DNA of 62,973 nt, the filler included, from Dimargaris cristalligena (Eukaryota): assembly GCA_003614675.1 (NCBI GenBank). It is 17 parts of 17 records of this genome, joined end to end, with 100 filler letters (N's around TTAATTAATTAA, not from the genome) between each part and the next. Parts side by side here need not be neighbours in the genome. Positions count along the whole stretch, not along the records: positions 59,405 to 62,973 come from ML003911.1; 16 more parts are not named here. One strand, 5' to 3'. Made by a program: the position numbers and the translations under genes. This document shows, in pieces, positions 59,985 through 62,973 of the stretch; position 1 is the first letter of the stretch, and each line of letters begins with the position of its first letter. A model generated the notes under the pieces. The model had not been told where the DNA came from and made no database searches. It worked only from the letters and a program-made list of their open reading frames with translations.

Positions 59985-62973
59985 TTAGATTTTTTCGAGG
60001 CAGTCAATAGCGGCAGCGCGAACATCCGATGAAGCATCGGACTGGGCCGCCTGTAAACTGGTTCGTACCGCCTCCCGCGAGGCGTCACTGATGGGGGATT
60101 GGGCACTACCGAGCACCTTAGCCAAAGCCTGGATCATGGTTACTTTCACGCTACTCTCCCCCAGTTTAGTACCAGCACACAATTCGACAATGAGGGGGTC
60201 AAAGCGCGTGTGGTGGGCCACCAGGGTAGTCAGAGCTGCAACGGCCAAACGACGCACATCATACGTAGACTCCGACAGCGATTTGACAAAAGTACGCTGC
60301 AGTTGGGGGAAGAAGGGCCGCAGGAAAGTGGGGACCTTTTCCAATAGTTCGCCCAGGGTGGCCAGGATGGCCGCCTTGACCTCGGGGGGGTGACGGTCGC
60401 CTACGATACGAATCAAAGGGCCGGTAATCTGGGTAACGTACGGGCGCAGGTTGGCGGCGGTGGTGTGCTTGACCAACAGGCCGATACTGATGGACGCCGC
60501 TTCGCGGGTTTCGGTCGAACCGAACATCAGGCCCTGGGTGAGCGGGGGAAGCAGAGGGGCAATACCCTTGGGCAGGTTGAAACCAGCGATGGGGCACCCA
60601 TCGACGTTGTCGGACAAGGACTGCAGCGCAGCCAGGGTAGGGAGCACAAAATCTTCGGTGTCTTCCTTCGAGAACGTCTTCAATAAGGCGTCCAAAGCGG
60701 TCCAGGCGGCCTTGAGTAGTTCGGGATGCTCATCATCCTTGAACAGACCCAGCAAAGTCCGGATCCAGTCGACGGCGTAGTCGCTCAGGTCCACATCATC
60801 AGCATTAGCGCAGAGGGTCGACAACACCCAGAAGCTTTCCGTTCGGGTGGTTACGGGCTGGTCGTCACGGACGTGTTCGAACAGGAGCATCATGAGGCTA
60901 TGTAGACCATCCTCATCATCGATGGAACCGACCAACGAAGCAATGGCGTCACGCAGGGCTTCCAAAGTGGCCTGGTCCGTTTCCCGCATCAGGGACGTGA
61001 GTAGGGCGGAAAGGATAGTGTTCAGACGGCGGGTAAGTGAAGCACCGGCGACGGTGACCAAAGTAGCCAGCGCGCGGGCGTTGAAGGCGCTGATGGGCTG
61101 GGCAATCAGTTTAGGCACCAGGGTGGGGAACACCGCCTGGGCTCGCACTCCGGTAATTTCACGCAGGGCTTCCAGGGCCCGGGCCGACGTAGCGGGTTCG
61201 TTGAGGGCGTTCAACAAATGGGGCACAATTTCATCGACGGCCTGGGGTCCCAGGCATTGTTGGAGCAGGTCGAAAGCGGTCGCGGCCGCCTCCCGCACCG
61301 TGGGAGCTTCGTCACACAGCGCAGTACGAAGGGCCGGGATGACGATTTCCGCGTAATCCTCGGCGTGATTGCGTCCGGTGGTACTAATCACCTCACCCAA
61401 ACCGACACAGGCACCTTGGCGTACGTTCTCGGGATTGGTGGGCTCCAGACCGGCGCTGAGAATGGGCAATACGCGGTGGAGGACGGCCTCACCCAGTTTG
61501 CGAACCAGTTCACCCAGAGTACGGGCGGCAATGCGACGACGCTCTTCGTTCTCGTTGGCCAAACTGGTCATAATGATGTTCATAATCTGAGGCAGAATAT
61601 CCTTGACGGTACGTGGGGTATTGCTGGCAATGGACTTCCAAATGGACGTGGTGGTCTGGCGTACCACCGCGACAGGGTCGGCCCGGGCGACGTAAAGGGA
61701 TGCCAACACGGTATCCCGGCGTTCTTGACCCAAGGCTTCAACGAGACGACGGCGGCAATCTTCTGCGCTGACATGTTCAATTTCTTCTTCGTCGTCCTCA
61801 TCATCATCGTCCCCTTCGCCACCCTTGGCCTTATCATTCTTACTCTGCTGGCGCCGCTGGGCCTTGAGCGCCTTCTTCTTATTACCCGGGGCGTTCTGAG
61901 GGTTGTTGGTCTCGGCGTTGGTATTCTCTTCCAATTGCTCCATGTCGCTATCTTCATCATCGGGATCGGGTACGTTACCCAACGCCTTCTCGGTATGGTT
62001 CCCGTCTAACCCGGTAATCTTGAAGAGCAAGTCACCGATCAACTCAACCGAACTGTTACGGATGCGCCAATTGGCGTCGAACATACCTTCCTCCAGTTGG
62101 GGCAGCATTAGGCTGATGGCCTCCTTGACGAAGTTATGAATCACGATTTGACCCGCGCGCAGGGAAGCGTCACGCACATATTCGGATTCGTCGGCCAAAC
62201 CGCGCACAATGGGCGTCAGAATATCGGGCAAATAGGTCTGGAAACGGGTTCCGAAGGTCAGGGGCAGGTAAATCAGCAACGACATGTATCCTTCGCGGAC
62301 GTTGACCTTGGCGTGGGTGGTATTGGCCACAATCTCGGGCAGAAGGGCCGTCATGCGATCGATACCCAAGCCAGCCAGGATTTCGCTCAACCCCTGGGCC
62401 GCACCCGACCGCTCCATGTTGCTGACTGGTTCGCTGAGGGTACGCATGAGCTCTTCGACCAAATCGCTGAAATAAGTCTCGCCCAGGTTTTCCACCAACA
62501 GACCGAGGGCCTTGGAGGAAGTGGAGCGGGTCTCGGGTACGGGGTCCGCCAAGACGTTACGGAGCTGGGGCACAAGGGTAGGAATGTAGGGCACCAGGTC
62601 ATTGTGGTCGGCCAGGGACACCATACTGCCGATAATCTGGGCAGACTGGCGTTTGGTGACGGTACTACGCTCACGCAGACCACGCTGTAGAATGGGGACG
62701 ATTAAAGCGAGGGAAGGCGCATCGATGTAATGGACAAAAGCGGTATTGAGTAGACCGGCGAGGGCGGGTTGGGTGGCGGTGTTGGGGTTGATCAGACCAC
62801 GCAGCAGGCGGGGTACCAGTTCGAGAATCTCGGGGTTGCTAATGACCTTGCCGAAGCTGTCAAAGGCCCCTTCGGCCGATTCCTGGACGCGGTGGTGGGA
62901 ATCCGCCAGTACTTCCACCAACCGGGGGATAATCAACGGCAAGCTAATGGATAGTTGTTCGGGGGCACTGGCA
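59985..62973 (-). CDS. GCN1: Translational activator GCN1, C-terminal HEAT repeats (5' truncated)
   Basis: FVHYIDAPSLAL, ERSGAAQGLSE, GLADESEYVRD, NWRIRNSSVELIGDLLFKI, QITGPLIRIVGDR, LRPFFPQLQRTFVKSL. Confidence 0.97.
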   Translation of the reverse strand, partial: ASAPEQLSISLPLIIPRLVEVLADSHHRVQESAEGAFDSFGKVISNPEILELVPRLLRGLINPNTATQPALAGLLNTAFVHYIDAPSLALIVPILQRGLRERSTVTKRQSAQIIGSMVSLADHNDLVPYIPTLVPQLRNVLADPVPETRSTSSKALGLLVENLGETYFSDLVEELMRTLSEPVSNMERSGAAQGLSEILAGLGIDRMTALLPEIVANTTHAKVNVREGYMSLLIYLPLTFGTRFQTYLPDILTPIVRGLADESEYVRDASLRAGQIVIHNFVKEAISLMLPQLEEGMFDANWRIRNSSVELIGDLLFKITGLDGNHTEKALGNVPDPDDEDSDMEQLEENTNAETNNPQNAPGNKKKALKAQRRQQSKNDKAKGGEGDDDDEDDEEEIEHVSAEDCRRRLVEALGQERRDTVLASLYVARADPVAVVRQTTTSIWKSIASNTPRTVKDILPQIMNIIMTSLANENEERRRIAARTLGELVRKLGEAVLHRVLPILSAGLEPTNPENVRQGACVGLGEVISTTGRNHAEDYAEIVIPALRTALCDEAPTVREAAATAFDLLQQCLGPQAVDEIVPHLLNALNEPATSARALEALREITGVRAQAVFPTLVPKLIAQPISAFNARALATLVTVAGASLTRRLNTILSALLTSLMRETDQATLEALRDAIASLVGSIDDEDGLHSLMMLLFEHVRDDQPVTTRTESFWVLSTLCANADDVDLSDYAVDWIRTLLGLFKDDEHPELLKAAWTALDALLKTFSKEDTEDFVLPTLAALQSLSDNVDGCPIAGFNLPKGIAPLLPPLTQGLMFGSTETREAASISIGLLVKHTTAANLRPYVTQITGPLIRIVGDRHPPEVKAAILATLGELLEKVPTFLRPFFPQLQRTFVKSLSESTYDVRRLAVAALTTLVAHHTRFDPLIVELCAGTKLGESSVKVTMIQALAKVLGSAQSPISDASREAVRTSLQAAQSDASSDVRAAAIDCLEKI

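Overview
This window is not one locus. It is 17 unlinked contigs of about 3.57-3.65 kb, ordered roughly by decreasing length and joined by an artificial 100-nt linker (N44-TTAATTAATTAA-N44), so adjacency across linkers has no biological meaning. The DNA is fungal, probably from an early-diverging lineage; a Dimargaris/Zoopagomycota-like origin is my inference only. Recognisable genes: histone H3, RPL10, HSP78, C1D/Rrp47, a TauD-family dioxygenase, an M3 oligopeptidase, fragments of GCN1, Aquarius, RPC2, PKR1 and a UBA protein, and tRNA-Val(CAC) plus a truncated tRNA-Ala(AGC). Much of the rest is nested LTR-retrotransposon debris with strong C-to-T erosion, mainly at CpG and partly at CpA; the same erosion hits NRPS and C2H2 zinc-finger relics. 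Best leads: (i) a two-copy family of short peptide genes sharing promoter and 3' flank, (ii) a signal-peptide plus F-box-like protein as a candidate secreted effector, (iii) the RIP-like or methylation-driven hypermutation, and (iv) a >1200-aa acidic tandem-repeat protein.
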